Shown here one piece after another: positions 24,350 to 36,835 of a stretch of 64,000 nt of DNA. Source of the stretch: Glaucostegus cemiculus. Its lineage: Eukaryota. The DNA lies in assembly GCA_976551045.1 (NCBI GenBank), contig CDPCPM010000037.1, positions 14,012,001 through 14,076,000 of the forward strand, written 5' to 3'. A model generated the notes under the pieces. That model was not told the DNA's origin and ran no database searches. It saw only the letters and a list, made by a program, of their open reading frames with translations. Positions within the stretch are counted from its first letter, which is position 1, and every line of letters starts with the position of its first letter. The translations under genes and the position numbers were made by a program.

Positions 24350-25475
24350 AAAGCATCAAAGATCATCAAACATCAACTTCAATGGGCCAGATACTTGTTC
24401 ACTTAAGCATTCCCAAGCATAAGCTTTACATTTAACATCTAAATCCACACCCCGACAATAAGACTCACAGTGAAACTCTGCCAAGTGCGGACTACTCCTC
24501 ATATTTTGGGAACCACCTGACGATGAAACCAGACTTCAGTGATGAACTTCACTACCACCTTCAATGTACTAGCACAATCTTTGGTCAATTGAGGAAAAGG
24601 AATGGAACAGCACTAGAACACCTCGGACCAACTCTTGCACTACCATGGACTTGTCTCTGATTGTGTCCTTTGTTTTTTTCACTAATGTCTTGTTTTTGCA
24701 GGAGTCTTTTTTTCCCCCTCTCTCTTCACTGTCCAGTATAATTTATGTTCTGTGTGTTGTCTGTACCTACATGCCTGTGATTCTGCTGCTGAATGTTTTT
24801 CTTTGTACCTTTACTTCACCATACTTGTGCACATGACAATAAACTTGACTTAACTCAGATGGTTGAAGATCAAAACTCATGTTCTACCAGGCACCAGTGA
24901 CCCCTGCTCTCCTTTGTGCTTCTGAGACCCAAACTATCTACAATATGCACCTCAAAGCATTGGAAAAATAAACCATTAATGCTGTGTCTGTAAAATTCTC
25001 CAAATTTGCTGGAATTTTCTGCTCCTGGCCAACATTCCCAGCATGGAGGTCTAGATTATATTCAGATAGCTCTGTTGGGCAGGCCACATCAACTGCCAGT
25101 CCAACAGCACACACTAAAGACATTTTTCTGAGCTCTCTCAAGGGAAGAAATTACCAGGTTGACAGTAGAAACATTTCAAGGATATGCTCAAAGCCTCTGA
25201 AAAACTGCAATAGCTCCACCAACTCCAGGGAACACTCAAAGAGGAAATGGAGCATTTGGAATGTATCTAAAACCTTGGGAGTGCACATAAGTCCTGCAGA
25301 AGGAGTAGACTACCTCATGAACCATCTAACCCTCAGCTCATCAGGCATGTCCCGCCCCAACTGTGGAAGAGTTAATGGTTCCTACAGTGGTGTCAAAGCT
25401 CATCCCAGAACCCATAAAACAAGAGTGGAAGCAAGTCACCCTTGGTACCAAAGGACTGCTTAAGCACAAAGAAGC
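24350..25475 (+). mobile_element. Decayed RTE-clade LINE
   Basis: CATATTTTGGGAACCACCTG (YFGNHL), GTGCTTCTGAGACC (ASET), a terminal CPNCGR zinc-finger-like stretch and the tail GGACTGCTTAAG. Confidence 0.7.
24600..24856 (+). mobile_element. Rex-type LINE/SINE 3'UTR fragment nested in the RTE
   Basis: Ends GTGCACATGACAATAAACTTGACTTAACT. The RTE sequence TTGAGGAAAAGG resumes as ATGGTTGAAGATC after it. Confidence 0.55.
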
Positions 25476-26209
25476 CCCAAAGCTGTCCATGCAGGCTGTG
25501 TGCCAACATTATTATAGAACATAAGTCTAGTAGCTCAAGATATTTAATGTCCTGACCAGTGCAGAAGAAATAGGAAAACTAGGACTCTTTAACTGTCTCT
25601 CCATGGATCCACTTCAGTGATTGTACTTTATACAGAATGTCAGGTTTTTATTTATTTTGTGTTTTCCTTCTGTTCCACCTACAGCAATGTTTTGAAATTC
25701 TCCTGACAAGTTATTCTTTTAAAGCTTCCAACTTCTCATAGAAGCTACTGCTGTTAATATTGCTCTCAATGAATTAAAATATATACATATAAAATATGCA
25801 GATGCTGAAAATCTGAAATAAAAAAAGTACACTTGTTAAATAGCAGAATCCCATAGATGAAGAATATCAGCCAATGGATCATTTATATAACCATAGCCTC
25901 TGGTACTCTTATTATTTTAGCAGTGTGTATTAATCTAGCTGCATCATATCGTGGAGCTTAATAAATCATCTAAGGTAGAAATGACAGAATTGTTATTAAT
26001 AATGCCTTTTTACAAAAAAAAGACAAAATTAAAAGTACTTCTTAATATTGGTGTGATTGCACACTGTTCAGCCCACACTTTGTTTTCAGTACTCATGGGT
26101 TGGCCATAGCTCAACAAAACTTTCATAGCCATGTGTCTCCTAATGCCTTGCCAGCCTCATTGCTGAGGCTATTCTGAAAAATGGAACAAGCCGAGATCAA
26201 CAATAAATG

Positions 26210-26600
26210 TATTTATCCATTCATTTTTTGAGATCAGGGTATTGCTGGCAAGACTGACACTTATTGCCTATCCCTCATTGCCCACAAAGATGGTGGTTCT
26301 TGAATCTTCTTGAACTGCTATGTTTCCTCAGTTGAAGGGATTCTCACAGCAGAGTTGAGGAACAAGTTCAAGGATCCAGCAACGATGAAGGACCATCGAT
26401 GCGTTTCCAAATCAGAATGGTGTGCAACTCAGAGGGGAACAAGCTTGTGGTGTTCCCACGTGCATGTTGGCCCTGTTCTTTCTGGAGGTTGAGATTGTGA
26501 GTCCAAGAGGTGCTATTGGAGTAGCCGAGTGTATATTATAAACAGCGCACATGGTGTTGCATAATTGGAGGAGATGAATGTTTAAGTTGGTGATTGGGGA
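26210..26600 (-). mobile_element. 3' fragment of CR1/L2-group LINE (family of 4320-5380)
   Basis: GCTGGCAAGACTGACACTTATTGCCTATCCC is the reverse-complement tail, and the fragment is colinear with 4340-4700. Confidence 0.7.
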
Positions 26601-27304
26601 ACAAAACAAACTTGTAGCTTTACCGTGACTTTTTCCTCAAGATCCCAAAAAATGAATTGATTTAGTGTTTATTCATAGAGCTGTCAGGTTAAGCAGGAAA
26701 TTATAGCCATATTCTTTAGCAATTGTTTGCTATACTTATTATAAATATCATGCGTAATAAAAAATGTCTGTGATCAAACATTATGGGTTGATTGTAAATT
26801 ATTTACAAGTATTTACAAAATATTTACAAGGCACCAAACCATTCTGGTAGCAATGGTTTATAATTCATTCTGGCTGCTGCTACATCCTTGTAATTCACCA
26901 GACTATATCAGGGTACAAAGATGATGAGGACTTGGAGCAGTTGAAGAAAGGCTGTGTACCCTTTAATAATTTGTGAGTTATGTCCTTTCTACTTTGTTTC
27001 GAAGGAAACATTTGTACTGCATTGAAAACTGATGAAGCATGAAAGAGGCTGCAACACAAGTCAAGATATTGCAGAAAATCAGCTAGCTGGGGGAAATAAT
27101 TTTCTGCCTAACTAAAGGGTGACAGGATTTGAAAAAGCCTAAAGGACCAAGAAATTATAGGCCAGGAACAAGGTTACAAACTGAATTATTACTTTGGCTT
27201 AAAGGAGAACTCATTCTTTGTAAAGTCAAGGTATTCATATTTCATATTTTAACTGTACTATTGTTGAAACTCTAAGTGTTATATGTACAAGTGAATGCTT
27301 ATAG

Positions 27305-27500
27305 CCCTCATAGAAATGTAGAGCACAGATGAAGGCCAGTCAACCCATTGTGTTTGTGCTAGCATAGGAGCTGTCATGCCTAATACTTTCTGGCTTGTGG
27401 TCTGAGGCCTTGTAGGATATAGAATTTCAAATTCTTATTAAAGTGTCCTAGGGTTTCTACCTCTACTAACCTCTTAGGCAGGATTCCTAGACCTTCATCC
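27305..27500 (-). mobile_element. Old CR1 3' tail fragment
   Basis: TCATAGAAATGTAGAGCACAGATGAAGGCCAGTCAACCC resembles other minus-strand CR1 ends. Confidence 0.5.
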
Positions 27501-28119
27501 TTGCAATGAGTGTGAGAATTGATTTAGTGTTTCCATATAGATGGAAATTGTATTGTTCTGGTTGGGAAAAAAAAGGACAGAAACAGATTTTATTCTGACC
27601 AAAATGCTTGTAATATCAAAGAAGGAAAGAGTGAATGGTATAATGAACTGCGATATAATTCCACTTCAGTCTCTTCAAGTCCATAAAGTCTCTTCCAGCA
27701 CTTCAGCATATCACGAAGAGCCGAAGTTAATGAAAGATTTCTAAAGTTTAGCCAGGATTGTGACATAGGGAGGTGCAATATCCAAGTATCTCATGTCTCA
27801 GGAGGAATAATTAAATAAATGGGTATTACTAATGGCTTGGATTTTGCTATGGCTCAGTATCCAACAGCATCTACCAATAGTTAAATGCATGTATGCATAT
27901 TCAGACTTTGAACATTTTTATGTGGTAAATTGCTTGAAGTTTGAGCTGGTACTGTCACAGAAAAGGAAAATGGATCATTGTGATGCGAGTGTGAAAGCAG
28001 CCATACTTCTCGATTAGCAACCAAACAAGAAATAAACAGAGGGAAAATGGAAAAGGAAATCTAATTTAGAGTTGGTGAATTCAATGCCAAATTAGACAGA
28101 AAAAGAGAAATATAGGAAA

Positions 28120-28235
28120 AAATTCCGATGAAAGACTATTGATCTGAAATGTTAACAATGTTTCTCCCTCCATAGATGCTACATGATGTATTTACAGCAT
28201 TCTTGTTTTCTTCCCTGATTTCCAGCATCTGGAGT
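28120..28235 (+). mobile_element. Penelope-type terminal repeat, decayed hammerhead
   Basis: CCGATGAAAGACTATTGATCTGAAATGTTAAC...GATTTCCAGCATCTG. Confidence 0.6.
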
Positions 28236-29344
28236 CATTAGATTTACAATTAAGGAAAGATTGAACTGAGTGTTACAAACGAAAAAAAATCTAAGCATAA
28301 TTTGACATTTTTAAAGTCTCTAATAACAAAAGCTACACAAAAGAGTAAGTTTCCACACTTGTAGTGGTTCATTTTCAACACTAGAGAAGTTGACTGGCAG
28401 TAATTAACACACCACATCATCATATTGAAGCATAAGGTTGCACTGTCAAGACCAATCTGTCTAGTAATTGTCCAGAGTGAATCTACCATACAAATACAAG
28501 AAATTTACCCAACTTTAAGCATGGCCAATAGCAAGTAAGACTGCAAGATGCTGTTTTTGCACAGCAGCACAGATCTGACAGCAATCTTTCCTTTGAGTTT
28601 AATTGCACATCTGCTCTTCAGTGTAACCTTTACCCAAAATGACAAGCGTTAATTCTTATAATTTTGAAAGAAAATTCTGGCCAGTGCTTTCAAATGCGCT
28701 ATATATAAAGTCAAACTTAGCAGAAGTTGGATGGACATAGTCATTGTCTAAATTTCCTGTTATTTCCATAGGCATTCTAAATGTCAGTGCAAGCTATCAA
28801 TATCTGATAGCTGTGGCAAAAGGGCAAGTGATTCTTTTCCATTTTCTCATGGAGAGGTTAATTGAATAGATCATTTTGGAGGGTTTTTACTTCTCGAGGA
28901 CATTCAAATTTTGATCCTGTAGCTTGCACTTAGTTACTCATTCATTTGCTACTGGGTGGATGTCTGTCTCTGGCATGAGGAATAGTTTCCTGAAGTGGAA
29001 TTATATCTCAACTCATTATTTACTGGAACTAAAGTGTCTACAATCATCACTTCTTTGGTTTGTTTTGTTTAGCTGGCCTTTTACTTTTGTATTCTGCATT
29101 GTATAACGTATTGGCTATTATCAGATAGGGCTAGAGAATTTAAATTCTCCTAACAAAGTTAAAAGGAAACATCTTCATCCTCTTTGCACATTGAACTCCC
29201 TAGTCACTGGAGCTTTCCCTCGATTCTCAAAGACTGTGTTCACTTCTATCTAGTTGTGGAGAATGATAACATTAAGTATGCTAATATTGAGAATGGAACA
29301 TGGTGAACAAAATCCTCAAGATTTATTTACAGCAATTAGCAGAG

Positions 29345-30320
29345 CAGTTTTTCTCAGCAAACTTGGGTTCCCTTCAACTGTGGTTGATGGAGCCCTCTCT
29401 CACATTTCCACTGTTTCTCAGACTTCTGCTCTCGCCCCTGCTCCCTCCAAACTAAACAGAGGTAGAGTTCCCCAAGTCCTCACCTTTCACCCCCCTAGCC
29501 TGTCATGTAATTTCCACTGGCTGCAACGAAATCCCACTACTAGCCATAACTCCTCCTCCCCACCCCTTTCTGTAGGGACCACTCTCTCCAAGAATCCCTG
29601 GCCTGTTCATCCTCCCCACCCACACCTCCCCAGTCCCTGCCGTTCTCCCCAGCAACTGCAGGAGATACAATACTTGTTGCTACATCTTTTCCCCTCACCA
29701 CCTAAACTGTTCCTCCAGATGAGGCAAAGATTCATGTGCACCTCCTCCAACCTCATCTACTGCATTTAAGTGCTCCTAATGTGGCCTCCTCTGAATTGAT
29801 GAGACCAAGTGTAGATTGGGCAATTGACTTGAAGTGTACCTACCCTCTGTCTACAGCGGCCATCCCAAGCTCCCAGTCGCATGTCATTTTAATTCCCCTT
29901 CCCATTCCCACAATGACCTGTCCATCTTTGGCCTTCTCCACTGCCAGAGTGAGGCCCAATGCAAACTTGAGGAACAATGGCTTATATTCCAACCTGGGTC
30001 ATCTACAAACTGATGGCATGAACATTGAATTTTCCAATTTCAGGTAACCCTCACCTTCAGTGTGTTTCCCTCCTTCTGTTCCTCCTCAGGCCCTCCCACT
30101 TTTTGTCCCCTTTTCCATACCACCCCTTCCCCCCTAGCACCCATCACCCATCTCTGTTCCCCTCCTGGTTCCAGCCACCTACTACCCACATTTTTCACCC
30201 ACTTCTGGTCCTATCTGCTCTTCACCTCTCCCCTAATGGTTCCTATTATTACCTTCCTCATCAGATTCAAGCACTAGTAGCCTTTGTGCTGTTGCTTATT
30301 ACCCTGCTTGCACCTGGGCC
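29345..30320 (+). mobile_element. Penelope-like element relic (linker + GIY-YIG endonuclease + pyrimidine-rich 3' region)
   Basis: GFPSTVVDGALSHIS...RVPQVLTFHP, QMRQRFMCTSSNLIYCI, CCAGTCGCATGTCATTTTAAT (PVACHFN) and GMNIEFSNFR*. Confidence 0.85.
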
Positions 30321-31579
30321 AATAAAGTTGGGGACTGTTAGAAAGGAGATTAGTGGCTGGGGAATGGGTATACTTATTACTCATCTTGCCTTGTCCAGTC
30401 TGGCACCATGCTGAGAAGATCCAGTTGTCTTAGGAGTGCCCAATATTGGTTACTCCCAGAACACTGTGCTATATTTTCTCCAAAATGACGTAAATTGAAG
30501 TGTGTCTAATGTGGAAATCACAAGTGTGACACATGTCTTGAAGTGCCTGGTTGAACTTCAAGAGCAATGTAAATTAACCTGGAGACAGGTAGCCATGTTT
30601 TTGAAAGTGTGGCATAGAAATAATCTAAATAAATTAATTTCTAATCAGTTGTGTTAGCTGGATCATTGCAATCTGATTCCGCAGGGTTGGTGTCAAATCA
30701 ACATTGTCCAAAGGGCCACAGCGTGCTCCGCATACCTTCCACACACATGCACAACACTCCTATTATTGCAATATTCAACGTGTTGAGGAACAGAATTACG
30801 CTAAGTAACTTGTGACTCATAGAAAGCTGGCTCGCAAACTACCAAAAAACCCAGGAGTACATACTCTGATTTCGTGGCCTTAGACTTTTCGATCTTGAAA
30901 GGTAAAAGTTGAGTGATTATTTAGAGAGGTATTAAATGGAATGGATAAAAATAAACCTGCACTAACCCTTCAAACTGTATTGCAAGTGGGGACAAGGATT
31001 CTAGTGGGTAAAAGGCAAATTTAAGATGGATGTTTGAAAACTCTGTATAGTAATCAATACTTAGATTGAATTTCTAGATAGAAACAAACATTTTGAGAAA
31101 ATCTGAGACAAAGGTAATAACATTGCAAAGGGTATTGCTAGGCTTTCCTGAACAGATGGCTGGAGTGGGCCAAGATTCTTCCAAATGTATCTTGTAAAAA
31201 TTCAAAAGCCTACAGTATGCAAACTCATCAAACATTGAAATTTCACTAATTAATAAACCATAGCCCTCTACTGTGGCAAAAGTACAAAGGTTCTACACAT
31301 CAGTTACTTTTTCAACTAGTTCATAGGACGTTCTGATCTCCAGAACAAAGAAAAACACCAGTATAGTTTTAATGAAATCCATTTGAGTTTCAATTTTACT
31401 GAGTTTGAAGGTTAAGAGCAGTTTTCTAGATGCAGGTTGTATCTTCCATTGTAATTTTCCCCTTCTAGTCATTATTCATCAGCTATATAAATCACCACAT
31501 TATCATCATTGCCTTTAGAAATGAGACTAAAACAAATAGCTTAAGTTCACGGTTGCAGTAAGAGAGAGATCTTTGAATG

Positions 31580-32290
31580 TGTCAAGGCAATTTGACCAGA
31601 AAATTAAAATATGTATGGGATTCTTGCCTTTATTAATAGAGGCAAAAAAAAACCTAAAACAAGGAAGTTATGGTAAACGCTGATGTAACATTAGCTGAAG
31701 TATTATCTTGAAAATTGGGCAGCATGCTTTTGGACACAGCTGGAGATTTAGTGGAATGATACCAGGGATGGGGGATTTTTGTTATGGGGAGCCTTGAAAA
31801 GCTGATTTTGGTTTCCTTTGAGCAGAAGACATGAGAAGATTTAAAAGACATGTTGAAAATTATTAATGATTCAGATATAGTAAAGAAGGAGAATTTCCTT
31901 TCAGTGCTTGAAAGATTGCTAACTAGAGAAAAAAAGTTACATTAACTAAAAATAACATAAAAAAACTTTTTTTGTTCTCATGCAGTGAATTATGATCTGA
32001 AACTTGTGTCTGAATGCAGTGGAAGCAGATTTAACAGGAACTTTCAAAAGACAATTAGAGTACATAGAATTACAAAGAATATACAGCACAGAAACAGACT
32101 TTTCATCCAAAAAGATCTTGCCAGTGTTTATACTCTTTCCAATCTTCTTATGCTTTAGTTGTGTCAAAATACCCATGATGAATATTGAGTGGCAAAATTT
32201 GCAAGTTCACAGCAAAAAGAAAAATTGGGCTGTGTTTTCAAATAGGCAGCAATGACACAATGAGCTGAATGGCTTTCTTTGAAACTTTTA
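31580..32290 (+). mobile_element. Decayed CR1 LINE 3' fragment
   Basis: Colinear with the CR1 ORF2 end (GAGATTTAGTGGAATGATACCAGGGATG; TGAATGCAGTGGAAGCAGA...TTCAAAAGACAATTAGA). The tail is ATGAGCTGAATGGC. Confidence 0.6.
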
Positions 32291-33538
32291 TTATTTGGTG
32301 ATTGTATCAGAAATAGCTGAGAATATTTTTTTCCGCTGTGACCATTGCAACCAGATAAGGCACAGTAAAATTCTTGGAGATCAGTTGCTATCTTGAGTGA
32401 AACAGATGCTCTACTTTAAAAACATCAGGTCTAAGTATGATCTTTGTCTCCAATTCTTGTAATTCATATTTTGACCAAAATTAACTTGTCTGATAAATAC
32501 ATTGATTTCTACATGACCTTGTCAATGCCATGTAATGCTGTTATATACAAATGTATGATCAAAATTGTATTACATTTTGTGATTCTATCCCAAATGGTGT
32601 TCTGTTGGTTTTATTTCATAAAAATACTGGTACCATGGCCTAGAGGATAGATTGTGACTCCCCTACCCCCCCAATATAAACCCTATCCATCCTTTTTAAA
32701 TAGGATGTAGACAATAGCTTACTCTCAGAAAGCTGCATGTGAAATAGTTGTTTGAGTGAGCTATTAGCAAGAAGTGGCATTAAAAGGGAAAAGCAAAGAC
32801 TTAGGTGGTGAGAGGAAAGTTAGCCTTTTATAAAATGTTTTATTTTTAAATTTAGAAATGGATTAATACTTACATTTTTAACTAATTCTGACAAGTAAGA
32901 AAAAATACAAAAATTGAAAGTACAAAAGCAATCGTGTTTAGACATTTAATGGTTATGTACATGTGAATTTAGGAGTGTTTGAATCTAGCCATTTAGTGTT
33001 TTTCTTTTTTTCCTATTTTATTTCAGGAGATTGAGATAATCTATAGTTTAGTTTGAGCAGGCATTCTTATGTATTCTAACCTTAGCTCCAATGAAACATT
33101 CAGGATGTGAATGTTTTGTTGGAACTAAGTTAAGAATACATAAGAATTAAAGAGAAATATTGCATTTATAATTCATCTATTGATTCTTCCTCCATCTATG
33201 ACAAAGTACAGAGAGACCATTAATTTCATAGTTGTATTGTTAATAAAAGAAATATGTTACACAATGTTTTTTTCATTGCAAGGAGACAGGGCCAAGGTAC
33301 CAAAGGTGCAAAGGAAACCAATTGTTGTTTTGACACCTCTCATAAACTATATTCTATCATATCCTTCATACAATTATTTTTTTTAATCACAAAAAATGAA
33401 ACAAATAAATAGAAATTTTCTTGGTTAATATTTGCTCCAGAAATCTGAAGTGTTTGTTGAGAAATTGAAGAAACCAGCTAGATTGTGAAACTTGGGCATT
33501 ATAATGATCTTGATCCTTAGATAAAACCACGTTGATAT

Positions 33539-33962
33539 TGTTGGAGCAAATGGAAAGACCACGCTGAGTTGGTGTTCAAAATAACGGATGATTTATTAAA
33601 AACTAGTGCACACCAGGAGATCAGTCAAAGCTGATCTACCCGAGCACAAATTAGGTACAGCTTTTACATTCTCAGCTGACAAGATTACACAGAAACTTGA
33701 CTAATAGGTTTGGGTAACGGAATGATGACTACAGAAAAATGAAGCCTTGATTACAGAAGAAAATTATTATCCACAAGTCTAACAGTAAATCCAATATTCT
33801 ATTATAATGGGTGCATGCTATAACATAATTAATGAAGCTCCAGAAACCTTGGTGTCCATGTCTCTACCCTTAAGCTTGTCTGCGGTTCCCTGTTACCACA
33901 TTAGCACAATCCACCTCCCTATTTACTAGTTATTAGCCCTCACTATTCTTTCCCCTACAACA
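33539..33962 (-). mobile_element. Solo LTR (424 bp)
   Basis: Termini TGTTGGAG...CTACAACA form a 7/8 inverted match. Flanks GATAT/TATAT are a possible TSD with one mismatch. The minus strand has AATAAA at 33592-33597 and a TATA-like TGTAAAAG at 33661-33668. Confidence 0.7.
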
Positions 33963-34874
33963 TATATTATTTTGCATTGTGGACAATTTACAAATAATCC
34001 TTTTTATACAAGTTTCCTGGGGCTGAATATTCCCTTGTAAAATGAGGGGGATGATTTAAAGTTTGTTAAATTGGAATGATTATAAATTACAATGAACAAC
34101 ATTTCAATACTTTGTATTTTAGATAGAATAAATGTCAGAGCTGTGGTTCTATACTTGGATGATATTACATGCAAACATTTTACAGTAATTCACTTCACAC
34201 TAAAATATTGCACCTATTGGTTTTAATATTTCTGTCAAACCATTAAGTTTGTATAGCTGTGAAAATTGTGTTCTATATTTAACCACAAGCCAAGATACTT
34301 TCACAATATTTCTGCCATTACTTTTGCAGTGACATTTTCCATTTCTAGCTTGTAATAATATTTCAATTCAAGTGGAGTACATAATTTACTTTTCTGGATC
34401 TAATGCAGTTTTAAAAATTGATTCTATTATTAGTAGTGTTTGAATCAAGATCTTAATAAGACTGCTTAATAATGCTAGTTAACTGGCGTCGACATTGGTA
34501 AGCCTGGCAAAGTGAGAAACTTTAATGAAAGATTCTAAGCATACACTATACTAATCCTGATTATTCATTATTGATGACACCATTTAAGTATGCCATTTCC
34601 AGAGCTTGTTTCCAGCAGAGGCATGCCAGTACTATGTATGATTCTGATAAAATTACAGAACTTCTTTTTAGACATTGACTAATTATCTCAAGTCCACTTT
34701 TTCACTTGATTCCCTTATTCCTCATATCCCTTAGTAACCAAACGTCTATCAATTTCAGTGGCAATACAAAGGAGATCAGAAGATTTCGGAACACTTGAGT
34801 ACAGAATCAGTGATAGTTTGATTGGGTGGTGGGCAACCTTGAAGGCTCCTATGGCTTCTATTTATAATTGTTGA

Positions 34875-35200
34875 GTATATTCGACGGTTAGCATCTACTG
34901 CAATCCGAGGTACTCAGGGTAACTGTGGGTACTTGGGGGTTTGTGGTCACTAATCTATGCACTGAAAAGGAGAAATCCAAATTTCTTGTCATGGTTATGG
35001 AGGGAGGCTGGTTGAGCCTTTGTTCAAGGAAGAAACAAAGGGGTCATTCTGGTAGGATGAAGATGCGAAGGGATCTGACATCGACAGAGAAAATGAGAAT
35101 GGTGAAGCCAGGAAACTGGAAAATATTGAAGTAGTGATCAGATGTATTGCAGGTGTGGATAGGGGAAAAAAGTAATGGTTAAAAGGAGATAAGATGAGAA
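34875..35200 (-). mobile_element. Penelope-like element relic
   Basis: Purine-rich segment resembling 10830-11300 (GTGGGTACTTGGGG...GAAAATGAGAATGGTGAAGC...GGAAAATATTG). Confidence 0.5.
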
Positions 35201-35369
35201 TAATGTGCTCTCCAGAAAAAGAACTGACTGAAACAATAGTTCTACAAGGACAATCGAGCCTACTTTTGGAAACAGTAAACAATGTAGTTTATACAGTTGG
35301 GTACCTAGGGAAGAGCTCCAGAGAAGGGGAACTTAACATTATGACAAGCTTACGAATATTTGGGTTTGA

Positions 35370-35650
35370 GCACAGAGATTCCTCTGTCCCAGTACTTACT
35401 ACCAGTTTCCAAGCATAGATTTCCCTTTTGGTTCCTGAAGGGACTTACTCTTTCCCTAACTACCCTCCTGCACCTAATATTTATAACTGCCTGCCAAGGC
35501 CATTTCATCTCTTCTTTTTGCCCGCCTAATTTCTTTCTAAAGTTCTCTCTTACATCCCCTATAAACCTCAAAACCAAATACCTTTACTTGACTTGTGCTT
35601 CCGTCTTATTTCTAGCTAAACCTTCAATTTCATTTGATAACCATGCTTTG
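35370..35650 (-). mobile_element. CR1 LINE ORF2 fragment
   Basis: RRVVRERVSPFRNQKGNLCLE, homologous to 10240-10310. Confidence 0.7.
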
Positions 35651-35659
35651 GCCAAATGT

Positions 35660-36060
35660 ACACATAACAGGGCTATGTTAATTAGGCCACAGTAATACCC
35701 CATCCATGACTACAGAGAGTGAAATGCAACATCTATCAATGCCAAGAAACAATAGATCAAGGTTTTGGCATTGGAACCAGGCATGAGATATCTTGTAATG
35801 CTAAAATATTTTGCATCATTGTCCAAGACATAGGGGGCCCTATATCTCCAGCCCAGGATGACTCGAGGGGAGATTCCAGATTGGTTCACTTGCCATTTGG
35901 CACCTCAAACATAGTCATGTTTATTCTGCTAATCAATACCTGGATATTCATGTATTCAGAGAGACTCCCCTCACAATACTGCAATGAAAGAAGATTCAGA
36001 TGCCTAGATTTTATCCTCTGAAGTTTTTTGAATATTGACTTGAACTTTTGTGTCAAAGTG
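35660..36060 (+). mobile_element. Possible highly decayed Ty3/Gypsy RT relic
   Basis: Fragments RPQ..YP (HYPIP-like), GFWH (GFWQ-like) and RLVHLPFGTS (RLPFG) occur in the expected order. Confidence 0.4.
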
Positions 36061-36539
36061 CTTAATGATTTTGTCACTTAAGATTTGTGGTCATTGTAAT
36101 TGTATATTTCTATGGACTATTTGTTTATATTGAGCACTGCACATTATAACTGTTATAACTGTGTGATCACTGCTTATTGTTTTTGTATACAAATGGTATA
36201 AAGATTTCATATCAGTTCGGTTTGGGGAGATTCTTCCACCTCGCATCCCCTGCATATTTGCTTGTGCTGAATGAAGGCCTTTTCCATCTGCTTCTCCAGG
36301 CTTCAAGCGGCTCTCTCAACCACGCAATTTGGTTTACAGGGATGGAGGGATTTTAGCTGCAATATTAGGTTGAAAAAGATAAAATGTTGGCACAACATTG
36401 TGGGCCAAAGGGCCTGTACTGTGCTGTAGTATTCTATGTTCTAAGATGGGAGTATACTTCTTGGAGCAAACTAGATTATGACATGTTTGGAAAGGATGAA
36501 AAAAGGAAAGCTATTCCCATTGGCTGGCAGTATCATTGG

Positions 36540-36835
36540 CTAGAGGACACAGATTTCAAGTTTTGAGCAAGGAGATGTGCTAGGCAAGGTTTTTTTTCCC
36601 CCATATACAGAGAGTGGGGGGGACCTGGAATGCACTGCCAGGGGTGGTGGTAGAGGCAGACAGCATAGGAGCCTTTAAAGAGACTCTTAGATAGGCACAT
36701 GAATATGCAGAGAAGAGAGGGATATTGCGAATGCACAGGGAAGAGGGATTAGATTAATTAGGAGTTATTGGTTTAATCAGTTTGGAACAACATCATGGGC
36801 TGAAGGGCCTGCCCAATGCTGTACTGTTCTATGAT
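36540..36835 (+). mobile_element. CR1 LINE 3' end (plus a short tail fragment at 36385-36445)
   Basis: TGGAATGCACTGCCAGGGGTGGTGGTAGAGGCAG...GGGCTGAAGGGCCTG...TGTTCTATG. Confidence 0.85.

Noticed and set aside
27590-27778. Protein-like minus-strand ORF (LRDMLKCWKRLYGLEETEVELY)
   Set aside because: No convincing splice donor and no recognised homology.
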